Source: Lingula anatina
Lineage: Eukaryota; Animalia; Brachiopoda
Reading direction: 5' to 3'
Assembly (NCBI GenBank): GCA_051362555.1
Contig: CM120648.1
Location: 10,660,587-10,724,586, forward strand
DNA length: 64,000 nt
The notes under the pieces were generated by a model, which saw nothing but the letters and a program-made list of their open reading frames with translations, made no database searches and was not told the origin of the DNA. This document shows, piece by piece, positions 1 to 11,675 of this stretch. The first letter of the stretch is position 1. Every line of letters begins with the position of its first letter. Position numbers and translations under genes: made by a program.

Positions 1-2969
1 TTTTGATACCCACCTTTTGATGATTCCAAAGTCAAAAAATCCATACAAACGAGTTCTAAAGGCTGTGTACTTTGTATATTCACTAAAGGAGCTTTTGAAT
101 TTGATGGGGACTTACGTTTCAAGCATCGTTCGCATGTTCTAATCCAGTTTTCTAAATCAACTGCCATACGTGGCCAATAAAATCTTTGCCTCAAGTTTAA
201 CATTCCCCTTTCTTTACCTAAATGGCCAACGTCGTTGTGTACTCCTTTCATTGCTGTCGCTCTGTGACTTTTCGGTAGGACTAACTGGAATCTTGTTTCT
301 CCAGCTATTTCTGCCTTCCTGTACAAAATACCGTTTCTCACCTCTAATCGTGGAAATTCTTTACAAAATGCTTTCATCTCTCCCTCTTGCAATTCTGAAA
401 CAACTGGTTTCTGCTTATTCTCAACTCCTTTTAGAAAAAAACTTACCACTTCGTCCTTCATTTGTTCTGATCTCCAATCCACTGGAGTGAAGTCACTAGA
501 GTCTAATACTTGCTCATCTACAATCTGTGCTGACATACAGATGCTTTCTAAATAACCAGTGTCGGTTTTCTGGCAAATAGATCTTATGACATCTTTAGAA
601 ATTTCGTCATACTCACCTTCACTGTTTTGAGGTTTTCTTGAAAGTCCGTCGGCATCGGCATTAGCCTTTCCAGCACGATACCGAATAGTGAAGTCATAAT
701 TACTCAAGGCAGCAATCCAGCGGTGTCCTGTAGCATCCAGTTTTGCAGTTGTAAGAACATATGTTAATGGGTTGTTGTCTGTGTAGACTACAAATGTGTT
801 ACCATAAAGATAATCATGAAACTTTTTAGTAACAGCCCATTTCAATGCTAAAAACTCTAATTTGTGAACAGGGTAGTTTCTTTCACCTTTCGTGAGGCCT
901 CTAGAAGCAAAACTAATGACTCGTTCCTTACCTTCATTTTCCTGGTATAACACAGCTCCTAGACCAGTCTGACATGCATCGGTGTGTAAAAAAAATGGCT
1001 TGCTAAAATCTGGGTAAGCTAACACAGGTGGTGATGACAAAATGCCTTTCAACGTATCAAAAGCTAGCTGCTCATCATCTTTCCACTGCCAACATGCATT
1101 CTGCTTAGGTGACTTTTTACCTTTTCTTTTCTTTACAGTTTTGGCATCTACCGGGTCAGTAAGTAAGTTGTACAATGGTCTAGCAATTTTTGAATAGTCC
1201 TTTACAAACTTACGGTAGTAGCCCGTGAAACCCAAGAATATTCTCAATTCATCTGCAGTTTTCGGGACAGGCCAGTTCTTTACCTTTTCAATCTTTGCTG
1301 GGTCAGCTTCAATGCCTCTTGAAGATACAATGTAACCAATAAAACATACCTTTTCCTGGAAAAGTTTGCATTTCTTTGGAGATAGCTTAAGACCTGCTTG
1401 TCTAAAGCGCTCAAAGACCAAGCTGAGATGATCCAAATGTTCTGAGAAAGATTTTGACGCTACAATCACATCATCCAAATAAATGTGACAAAACCTCTCA
1501 CCTGAGTCATGAATACCATCCAGCGTCTCCTCCATCATACGCTGATATGTTGCTGGAGCATTGCATAGCCCAAAAGGAAGTTTGTTATATTCATACAAAC
1601 CCAATGGTCCAACAGTAAATGCAGTGTACTGTTTATGTGCTTCTTCAATGGGGACTTGATGGTAACCACTCTTCATATCTAAAACGCTATAAAACAGCTT
1701 ACCTCCAATATCATCAAGGAGTTCTTCAGTCCGTGGTAATGCAAAGGCATCCTTCACAGTACGTTGATTCAGCTGTCTATAGTCAACACACAATCTCAGA
1801 CTACCATCTTTCTTCTTTACAAGTACAATATTTGAAGCCCAAGGACTTTGGCTTTTTCTTATTACACCGGAGTTAAGAAGTTGTCTGATGTGATTTCTTA
1901 CCTCTTGGTACATAGAGGGTGGAATCCTCCTATGTCTCTGCTTAAAAGGCTCATGATTTGACAAGACTATCCTGTGTTTAACCAAACTGGTGAAACCTAC
2001 ATCCTCATCACTTTGAGAAAATATATCTGAATAACCTTGGATAAAATCACTCACTTTCCTGAATTTCTCATCAGATAAATCTTTGTTCAGATCTATCTGA
2101 GACAAATATTCCATGTTGTCATTGTTTGAACCACCATGATCCTCTTCTTCACCGTCCAACTCCTGGCATGCCTGTATCTGACAAATTACACTTTTAGGTG
2201 CTATGACAACTGGATATGTGTTAAGGTTACTCACCTGAACAGGTAAAACTTCTTGTTCTTTGGTATCAACCAAAGCTGGAGTAATGGTTACCCCTCTTGG
2301 TAAAACTGACTTCTCCCATGGCTGCAAGATACCTACCTTTGGTAAAACGTCCAATTTCCTATCAATACAGCCCTTGATTAAAACTGAAGTATTGCTTGGA
2401 ATAACTACTTTGTCAGAGATAGCAGATTTTACAATACCTATCTGTCCGTTGTTTCTTTTCAGTCTATCATGCATCGACTTCAGGCACCTCATGGAGAGTA
2501 ACAGAGAGCTTGGAATGTGTTTAGCTTGCTGAAACCTTACACCATACTTGCTCTCTACATTTTTCATGATGAGTTCTAAAACATTAGTTCCTAGAACAAT
2601 AGGCACATCCTTACCATACTTTGTATCGGCCACAACCAACATGACACAGCTTATTGGGTCAGATACACCTGGAATACTAATGTCTACCTCAACATAACCA
2701 GAGTAAGGTAATGTCTGACCTCCAGCTACCTCAATTTCCAACTGACAAAGATCTAATTGTTTCAGAGGATAAACCTGCTCTATTCTCTTGTATGCATTTT
2801 CACAAATTGTTGATACATTGGCACCAGTGTCTAATAAGGCTGAAAAAGAACATTTGTCAATAGCAATTATACATTCATTAGAATCGCCCACTAAATTTGG
2901 AGTATTTTTAACAACCTTTGGAGATTTTGAGTCTGTTGCACTGGCTAAACAGACTCTTTGGAGTTTAAA
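1..2969 (-). CDS. pol: Pol polyprotein (protease, RT, RNase H, integrase), partial; -1 frame relative to gag
   Basis: Motifs all fall in one frame (codon starts = 2 mod 3): ALLDTGA (D at 2831), YLDD (1481-1470), HTDAC (D at 980), integrase H-H-C-C (HNDVGH...CERC) and CMDFL (D at 41). The track lists no minus ORF here, consistent with no stop before the window edge. Confidence 0.92.
2929..2969 (-). promoter_or_regulatory. -1 ribosomal frameshift signal: slippery T TTA AAC plus downstream hairpin
   Basis: Heptamer at 2969-2963 in X XXY YYZ phase with gag. A 6-nt spacer is followed by a perfect 9-bp stem GAGTCTGTT/AACAGACTC (2956-2929) with a 10-nt loop. The -1 frame is the pol frame. Confidence 0.85.
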
Positions 2970-4084
2970 TGAGCACTAATGTCTGCTCTACACCCAACAG
3001 CAACATGACCAGGTTGTCCACATCTGAAACAAATAATTTCTTTTGATGCATTGTTTATCTGGCTATTCCTGTTGGTTACTGAAAAAGAACGTTGACCTGA
3101 AAAGGAAGAATAAGTACGACCTCTTCCTCTTCTATAGCCACGGCCTTGGCCTCTACCAATACCTCTGGTACGTGGAATTCTATCTGAAACGTGAACTGAT
3201 TCTTGACCAGAAGACATTGCAGCATTATTTTCCAATGCATTAAAGCGTTTCTCTATTCTATCAAATCTACTATTGATCTGATTAATCATGCCTCTTAGTT
3301 CACAATCATTGGACTTAGTCTCTGCAGTAGTCTGCTTCACATGAACAGATTTTATGTTTTTATTCTCCGATGGTAAAAGTCCTAACTCACTTTCTATTTT
3401 CCGGGACTCGACTCTCAATTGATCAAAAGTCAGCTCTGCATCCAGTTTATGTCTCAACGCCTCTTTAAGTGGCTTATGCAGTCCACTCCAGAAATTTATA
3501 CGTAGCATGTCATTCCTGGAGTCTGTAGACATAATGTGATCATCTAGCGCACGGTATAAAATATCTTCAAGTCTGCAACCCCATTCAGCCACGCTCTCAC
3601 CTTCCTTTTGATTCGCGCTGTAAAACTTCGAAAGAAGATTTTCTCGATCTTCTACTGCACCGTATATGCCCTTGAATTTAGCAAGAATTTCATCTAAAGT
3701 GCAATTTATTCCCAATCTTTGCACGATCTTTGCAGCCTCTCCTCTTAAAGATTTTTTAACCGCGGTGGAGACCACATGCTCGGGAAAAACACGTCCACTA
3801 CGAAGAGAATTGACCTCAAAGCACCAAGCTTCATATGTGGCATCTTTATTAAAATCACCAGAGAAAATTGCGAGTTTGGGCGCGGTATAATATGGAGGAG
3901 GCATGTATTCTCGCGGCTGCGAATATGTACTACGTTCACCACGTTCTTCGCGTTCATGACCTCTTACGTACTCTTCCATCCACTGCTCAAGGTGGTCAGA
4001 ATCTGGATTCGCATCAAGTGCTTCAAACGCGGCAACAAGTTTATCTTTCTCTTTATCAGACATTCGCGTACCCCCAGTAGCCAT
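2945..4084 (-). CDS. gag: Gag, PNMA-like capsid with RG-rich stretch and CCHC zinc knuckle (379 aa)
   Basis: KLAIFSG...YEAW...SLRGEA capsid pattern; QKEGESVAEW MHR-like segment; CFRCGQPGHVAVGC knuckle. Confidence 0.93.
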   Translation of the reverse strand: MATGGTRMSDKEKDKLVAAFEALDANPDSDHLEQWMEEYVRGHEREERGERSTYSQPREYMPPPYYTAPKLAIFSGDFNKDATYEAWCFEVNSLRSGRVFPEHVVSTAVKKSLRGEAAKIVQRLGINCTLDEILAKFKGIYGAVEDRENLLSKFYSANQKEGESVAEWGCRLEDILYRALDDHIMSTDSRNDMLRINFWSGLHKPLKEALRHKLDAELTFDQLRVESRKIESELGLLPSENKNIKSVHVKQTTAETKSNDCELRGMINQINSRFDRIEKRFNALENNAAMSSGQESVHVSDRIPRTRGIGRGQGRGYRRGRGRTYSSFSGQRSFSVTNRNSQINNASKEIICFRCGQPGHVAVGCRADISAHLNSKESV

Positions 4085-5655
4085 GTCTTACAGAATTGTA
4101 AATACCAGATAGCCAAGCAAAAGTATAAATTCAAATTGAAATTTCAGCAGTCTTAAGAGTAAAACCACTCTGGGCAAAGCTAATACGGATGAACCGAAAT
4201 GGGTTTGAAACATAAAATAATAAAAAGTATGAATGCAAAGAAATGAAGTAAACCAATGAAATGATGTGAAATCAATGAAAGGAAATCAAAGAACTCAAAA
4301 TGAATGTAATAATAAAAGTTGAATAGAACTCAACTGGAAAATCATATACTAAAATAAGCAGATTTTTTTTTTTTCAAACTAAAGAAATCAATAGCTTGGG
4401 AAGAAATTGTAAAGAAAATTGGAACCAAATTTTGAGGAAATAAGAGAAAATGTTTAGAGAAAAGCAAATCAAGATATTCTACAAGGAATAAAAATTAGGG
4501 TTAGCCGTTTAGTATATTGTAATGAAAAATAAATTTGAACCTAAACTGATAAATTAAACCAAAGAGGTATACTCATAATAAACTAATTGAAATAATAAAC
4601 AAATTGAAAATAATTTGGTGTAATGGAACTAAATACTAATGGAACTAAATTAACTGAATAACCACAAAATAATCAACTAAATAAAAAAACAACATCTCAA
4701 CTAAAGAATAATCCAATTAAATAATGATAAATAAAAGCAATGGGGTAATTAGTAAGCAACTAAAATGTTTTAAATGTAAATTACCCTAGACAGTTTTTCT
4801 TTTAATTTAATGTATATAATCTTATTTGAACAGAAACAACTTTCCTTTAATCAAATTGCAGCACAGACATTAAAAAACACAAGTAATCTGGCCGATTAAT
4901 CTATCAACAAATAGACTTAAATTTTAGAAATTTAAATGGAGGAATAAACACACCTGACAATAGCTGAATAAATGATGGTTATCTTCGAGCCAAAAAAAAT
5001 CTTTTAAACAAATCTGAGGTTTATTTGAATCAATGCCTGTGTATAGTACGAAAAAAATATATATCAAACTATCAATGAAAATAAATGCGTTTAATGAAAT
5101 GAATGTCTAAAACATGTAGAGTCACACTCAGTTACGTCAAAATAACTTACAGTCTTCACAATAATGTGACGATCCTGAGATATTCGTGACGAACGAAATT
5201 CGTAGTCTCCAAGCTACCAAACCATGTATAAATGTCACAGAAAATGTTCCTAGTAGAGTGGCTCACAACACAGTCTAAAAAGAATCGTCCTGAATGATCA
5301 TCTAAGGTAAGTAACTCGGCATTCACAACCGAGGGGAAGTATGCAGGCACAGTCCTCCGTGAACGATGTCCTGAGACAATCCAGATAGGCCAGTGACAGT
5401 TTATATGCACAGTCCAGGTATAGGTCATACAAACACAACGGTGTCGGTCAATATGGTCCGAAGACGGTTTACACGATCCACCACTTAGTGTTCACAATTA
5501 CACACATAGAGATGTCCGATGTCCACTACTCACACCGAGTCAGTGACGTTGATAATGAGACCCCGATTCATCGGCCAAACCGCCTAGCCTTGTTATAACA
5601 GGTAGACGTACAGTGGACTAATCGTAGTCGTTTGCAGTCGATTGACATGTAGGGG

Positions 5656-5673
5656 TCCCGGCTCGCGGCACCA
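5656..5673 (-). promoter_or_regulatory. Primer binding site, tRNA-His-like
   Basis: TGGTGCCGCGAGCCGGGA, 2 nt inside the LTR end; resembles the complement of the tRNA-His 3' end (TGGTGCCGTGACTCGGAT). Confidence 0.8.
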
Positions 5674-5675
5674 TT

Positions 5676-6196
5676 TGTAACAGACGGACTCTCTGGTTGT
5701 GTAAAATTTTATTGCTACAACTAAAATTTTCACCCTGTAATAAAGGTGAGATATAATTAAATAAAATGACATACAACAAATAACTTATAATTCTAAAGTT
5801 TACCTCTATGATAAGGAAATAATAAATTTGATATAGATAATTACGGTTTATAAAAGCTATAACGGCTTACCCTGATCTTATTCAAGGGCGTTTATAAAGA
5901 GTGCTGGATATACGTCTTGGTCTGAAAACTAAAGATTAGAAAACGATGTAATACAGTATAGTATAGTGAAGTTGGATACGCAAAAGACAAGATAAAATAT
6001 AACTAGAATTAAGTAGACGACATCCAACTTACCACATAGAAACAGACAGATGAACAGCAACTTCAGCACTATTAGAAAATACCGCGTCAATGCCTTTTAT
6101 AATGTGAAGTCACGTGGCAAAGACGCGGGAAGACAGAACAAAGGGACATAGACAAAAGAACAGACAAAGGAACAATTAGAGGGCGTCAGTGCTACA
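5676..6196 (-). repeat. 5' LTR of Gypsy element 1 (~521 bp)
   Basis: TG...CA termini. Minus strand has TATAAAAG near 6094-6101 and AATAAA near 5708-5713. Adjacent to the PBS. The partner LTR is outside the window, so the outer boundary is inferred. Confidence 0.75.
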
Positions 6197-7144
6197 TCAA
6201 GTCACAAGACAAGACGAGTGACGAGTTCATATTTACACATAGTTACATAAATAAACGCCTCTGTGATCAACGCTGCCTTTTTTTGGGGTTGGGGGGGGGG
6301 ATTTTCATAGGTCGATAGTCTGGCGTGAATGGTAGCAAAAGCCGGGTGACGTGCCCTTCCGTACACCACGGGGTTTTCATCGAGATTTTGAAGGTCTCCT
6401 AGGCGGTGTGGTGACTGACGCATTCGTGAAAAAAATGCTGCTAATGACTTTGGGACCCCCCCCCTCCCCCCCCAGCAGCTTGCATATTCATGATAGTTGG
6501 TCTTCGTATTTGTACATGTAGGTTACCATCTCTCGTATATTCTTTCCAAAGTTTATCTCGAACTTCCCAATTTTTAACCCCCCGTTGCAGAAGAAACATA
6601 AATATATAAATAAATAAACGTTTCTCTGAGCGACGCCGGCGTTTGATCTTTATTGGGAGGCTACGATATGTAGGTCGATAGTCTGGCGTAAATGGTGGCA
6701 AACCCCGGGTGACGTGCCTTTCATACACCACAGGGTTTTCGTCGAGATTGTGTAGGTCTCCTAGGCGATGTTGTGGCTAATGCATTCGTGGTTTATATGG
6801 CGGGACTCCCTTATCATGAGGGAATATGGTGCCATTTCTGTGCATGTATATCTAAAGCCTAGATACATTTGCACGTTCGCCGTGCGATTAAATTGTCCGT
6901 ACGATTTTTTTGAAAGCGTAAGTGGCTTGATTATTTTTCTTTTCAGGTCGCAACCGTACTAGTCGGCATTATCTAAGTGGGCCAAGGCTTACCAGAGCAA
7001 GAATATAATTTGAGTCGAGTTTTAAACCCAAGTTGTTGTGAATGTAGGCCTACAAGTAAATTGCGATTTATAAGATGCATCCCACGTTTAAATCGTTAGA
7101 GAAGTAGCAACTGAACTGAAGGCCACGGAGGGACGTATAACAGG

Positions 7145-7147
<3 letters not shown>

Positions 7148-7198
<51 letters not shown>
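7148..7198. repeat. (GA)n microsatellite at the start of BCO intron 1
   Basis: Also present, with different lengths, at ~25309 and ~47403. Confidence 0.9.
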
Positions 7199-7201
<3 letters not shown>

Positions 7202-7261
7202 ACACACTAAACGCTTCAACGCTTAGTGCCTAACGAGGAGATAACAGGTATCATTTCTATA

Positions 7262-7335
7262 ATGGTGTTTATGATATTTGATATGCTCCAGTCTGGGATT
7301 AAACCCACGACCTAGCACTCTTCCATTTGAGTAAT
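7262..7335 (-). mobile_element. Possible tRNA-derived SINE fragment
   Basis: Minus strand GGTCGTGGGTTTAATCCCAGACTGG resembles a Pol III B-box/T-arm. The segment is absent from the equivalent intron of copies 2/3. Confidence 0.35.
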
Positions 7336-8113
7336 CCGGTCCAGTAGAAATGGAGAAAGGGATGGAGACAGGGATGGAGAAATGGATGACGAGAGGGAGA
7401 TTAAGCAATGTTTTAGCAATGTTTAAGCAAGTTTTCATAAAGAGATAAAGAGAGCAATCCGTTTTATATTAGTCAGTTTTCATATGCATCAAACACTGTG
7501 TCATAGATATTGACTTTATCCTAAAGTACCACTGCTTATGCTGTTGTTATCGGCCAGACGTGCAGTTTGCATTTTGATAACTACAGCGTAATCGGACCAG
7601 TGTCCTCACGATAATGATGATGATGGGAGACCGAGGGACCCTTTTTTTCGTTTTTATTCGATCAAAAAGAGTACTGGGTGAATTTATGAGTAGATCCAAG
7701 TTTCAGTATTAAAATAGACCAGCTGATACCCGTGACATCAATTATTGAACCATGATAAGAGATTAGTATACTCGATTTATAGCCCTGAGTCAAACAATTT
7801 GTGAATCTAACAATAAAAATGAAAAACAATCTCCCTACCCAGCCTTCATATGCAACAATCATTTTATATTAATATATTATAAATTAACAATATAATGATG
7901 ATTAAGCAATAAAAGAAGAAAACAGGAGTGTATAGGCATCGAACTCACACACCCCTTTTGGAATTAATGAATTAATACCAACGACGTCATTCACTGCGCC
8001 ACTTGCTTAACTATTTTCTTTTGTGTTATGGACAATATATGATACCGTCACACATGCCGAAACTTTACGGAAATTGCCGAAGAAATATCTTCAAAGATAG
8101 AAAATGCCTTTAA

Positions 8114-8556
8114 ATACACTGCTGGCAAAATTTTACCGGGCTGTGATTGAGAGTGTGCTAACACAATCTTTCACCGTCTGGTACAGTAGTGCTACAGTAG
8201 AGGACAAGAATCGCCTCAATCGCGTAGTAAAAACTGCCAGGCGCATTTTAGGTAGGGACCTGCCGTCTATTGAATGTTTGTATACGAGACGAGTGCTCAA
8301 GAAAGTGAAGTCAATCACGGGTGACCCTGGTCACCCAGCGAATAGCCTACTTATGCACATGTCAACAAGCCGACTGCGGTCATTAAAAGCAACCTCCACG
8401 CGCACTAAGAATAGTTTTTATCCATCAGCAGTACGTATTTTTAATGAACAAAATGTATTTTAATAATCCCACTGTATCACATTTTATCGACAGATCATAC
8501 CAATTTTCATTTTATACTTGTATAAATATGACAATAAATTATTATTATTATTATTA
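8114..8556 (+). mobile_element. 5'-truncated LINE (Rex1/Babar-like RT C-terminus) in intron 1 of BCO copy 1
   Basis: ORF FYRAVIESVLT...VWY...RLNRVVKTARRILG...DPGHP...RTKNSFYPSAVRIFN, followed by AATAAA and a (TTA)n tail. Absent at the equivalent TTAA site in copies 2/3 (cccttttaagag). Confidence 0.85.
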
Positions 8557-9466
8557 AGAGTTATAACCAAATTCAAACTACGGCCACTATCACCAAACTG
8601 TACGCCTAAGTTTTTGCTAACCCCTATCAGTTGTCAACAGATCGTATTTTGGGAGAAAAACGTGGAGCGGAGATTTCGGGTGATCTGCTATTATGATATA
8701 GCTGACATACGGCCTGATCAGTTTGTCAAATTTAAGTGCTTTTTAAGTGTGTACGTTTACTTACAGGCACAATCACATCATGGTTGCAAGGCAGTTTTTA
8801 CCGAAACGGCCAAGGAAAATACGTCGTGGCGGGACACAAAATATAACCATCTGTTCGACGGGCTGGCTCTTCTACACAAGTACTTCATTCGTGACGGGAA
8901 TGTTACCTACCAGAACAAGTTTCTGAAGAGCGACACCTACAAAAGGAACATGGAGGCCAATAGGATTGTCGTGGCGGGATTAGGCACGGTTGCCCATCCA
9001 GACCCGTGCAAGACGTTGTTTCAGAGGTTAACTTGTGTGCAGTGCAAAATATTTATGTTCACGCTCGTTTGTGACCTTTTCATAAATTTTTGTGATATTA
9101 TGCGTTGTTAATGTGTTCTGTAAGTGCTCCAAGTTACATATTTGTTGATAAACACCCATGTAGGCTATTAACTTGTAACTATTCCCTAGTCAGGCTTAAA
9201 ACCCCTCAAAGAAAATTACCCTTTAATGAAATTTCCTTTTGAATATAAATTTGTATTTTATATATTATATCTTCTTTTCATCTTTTCTTTCAGGTTTTTG
9301 TCATATTTCACATTCAACGATGACGTGGTAAACGACAATTGCAACGTTAACATTTACCCGGTGGGGGACCAGCTGTTTGCCTGTACGGAAACTCATTGGT
9401 TGCGGAGAATCGACCCGGAGACGCTGGAGACACCGGAGAGGGTAAGGGTATCAGTGTGGTCTTAAT

Positions 9467-9510
<44 letters not shown>

Positions 9511-9611
9511 TTTATTTCATCATAGAAAAGACGTTAAGTGCACACTTATCTTTCACATAACCCTCGCATAAATACCCCTGTACTACTGAGATATATAGAT
9601 ATATCTCAGTA

Positions 9612-9839
9612 CACTGTAAAAACAGTGTTTAGCTCCTAAACACATTTCTAAGCGCCTGTTTTGTCTCACTTTTTCCACACGTTTAGCTCCTAACATGTTT
9701 AGCTTCTTAACATGTTACACGCTTGTGTTCAGCAGTGTGACGAGTTTGACGGCTTATAAATGTAGGGTGTATTTGTTTAACTTTTAGGTGCTAAGGGTTT
9801 TAACTGTTTTAGTCGCAATCAAGCGCGCGAGTAAACGCA

Positions 9840-9875
<36 letters not shown>

Positions 9876-11675
9876 GACGAACTCACGGTCACCTTTAACT
9901 GTTACAGTTATCTCTTTCTATAACAGTGTACCGTGAACTGTCAACATCTTTGACTTCCCACTTTCATCTTTACACCTGTACTTATTCATCCTTGTGTTAG
10001 CTGACCTTGCGAGGAAGTTTTTTGGGATGTATTTCTGAAAAGCAGTTAGGAAAATTCACTAGTTCACCAAAGGCACGTAACAACTATCATTTTTACTTTA
10101 AAACACCTTTCTCCATATTTTGATAAAATGCGTTACGGTATTGATGTCTATTATTTTTTTCCGGAAGTAATGAACAACAGAACATCAAGACGATGGTGGG
10201 GTATTCATTATAATACTTTACTTAAGCTTTCATCACATGCTGGTTATTTCGGTACCAATAGTCCGAATATTTGCACCGCTCTAGTTGACGACAAACCCCA
10301 AGCCCATTTTGGAATTAACCGCTAACTGTAGTTCAAACAGCATAAGACGTGTTTTGGTTATTTAGATAAAAATGTTTTCAAAACATTATATAATGTTTTT
10401 CCAGAATGTTATAAACAGGCTGATAAAACTCCACAAAATGACGTTACATATATCATAAAATTTTGTAGAAACGGTCTTCGAATCTTTTTACAAATTATAA
10501 CGTTACTGTACATCATTTCGATTGGATTTAAAACACCCATAACGTTACTATAATGTTCTTCTATACCATTACTAGCATGTAACCATCTGATAACGTCGTG
10601 AAAACGTTATTTGTTATTTGGATTATTACTTAAAGGTACATACTAGTATGAATCGAGCATCGGTGGAGCGTGGGTTACCAGTAACACATATAAACCACCT
10701 CTACTAGATTCTTATACGACTCAAATAAAGTCGACATGCCAAGGGACAAACTGAATATCACTCGATCAGCCATAAAAGAGCTTTAGACTGCTCTTTAAAT
10801 TTTTGGTCAGAAATTTAACCTACTTAGGTGACCTACTTTTCTGTCCCATGTATATACAGGATAGTAAGCTAACAGAAAAATCCATTCAAATGTCATTTTT
10901 CGGGTAATATTAATCAATGCCTTCTATACTTTTTGAAACTATATACTGGTATTTGGTTGGTTTTTGAGCAAAAATGACTTTGTATGCATCTTTCGGAGGC
11001 CTATTTTAAATAAGCACGTGTTACCGCAAGGAAGTACACCAAGCGTTCGAGCAGACTGCTCCACGCCTTCAACAGCTCCACTTGTTTACAAGGGGAAGTG
11101 TTAAGCCAAATTGTTGAGCCTTGTAATAAACTTATGGGACTGTTGAAACTAATTACATAGCTAAAAGTGCGACACTTCTAAGAATGTTAAACATTTTCAT
11201 TTCTTCTGAAAGAAGCTTGAAAAGCTAAACTTGTTGTTCAGCTACCCTCTACCAGGGCGACAGATTGATTTTTCACAGATATGTCTCTAGATAAATGGAT
11301 AGTCAATTTGGTCTGATGTCGCTTCAGCAAAAATGTCCCCAAGAACTGCGGCCTTGATAGAGGGTATTGTTCAGCAGCTCCACGCGTTTAGGAATTCCAC
11401 ACCTATAGCAGCTCCATATGTTTAGCAGCCTCACGCGCTTAGCAGGGGAAGTGCTTAGCCAATGTGCTTAGCTTGTGATAGACTTATTATAGATCCATAT
11501 ACCGGTGAAGCTAAGCACATAACTAAACGTGTAACACTACCAACGTGTCTAGCATTTTCTTCTGTGAAACGCTTAAAAAGCTATACGTGCTTAGCTTTTA
11601 CACATATTTCTAAATGCGTATAGGTGCTTAACGTATGTTGTATGTATTTAAATGCTAAGCACTGTTTTTACAGTG
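9612..11675. mobile_element. Non-autonomous CACTA/EnSpm-like (CACTG) DNA transposon, ~2.06 kb
   Basis: 22-bp TIRs CACTGTAAAAACAGTG(T/C)TTAGC with 21/22 match; 2-bp TA duplication; subterminal TTAGC repeats; empty site (ctcagta|gaattagg) in copies 2/3. Confidence 0.88.
10634..10993 (+). mobile_element. Kolobok-like element end nested in the CACTG element
   Basis: Begins TTAA|AGGTACATA; inverted homologue at 58412-58798. Confidence 0.55.

Larger units (their letters stand above)
1..6196 (-). mobile_element. Ty3/Gypsy LTR retrotransposon (element 1), 5' portion; runs off the left edge
   Basis: On the - strand: LTR TGTAGC...TGTTACA (6196-5676), PBS, long leader, gag with CCHC knuckle, then pol in Gypsy order PR-RT-RH-IN. 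Confidence 0.95.

Noticed and set aside
170-2979. Plus-strand ORFs over element 1
   Set aside because: They are antisense shadows of pol with no independent motifs.
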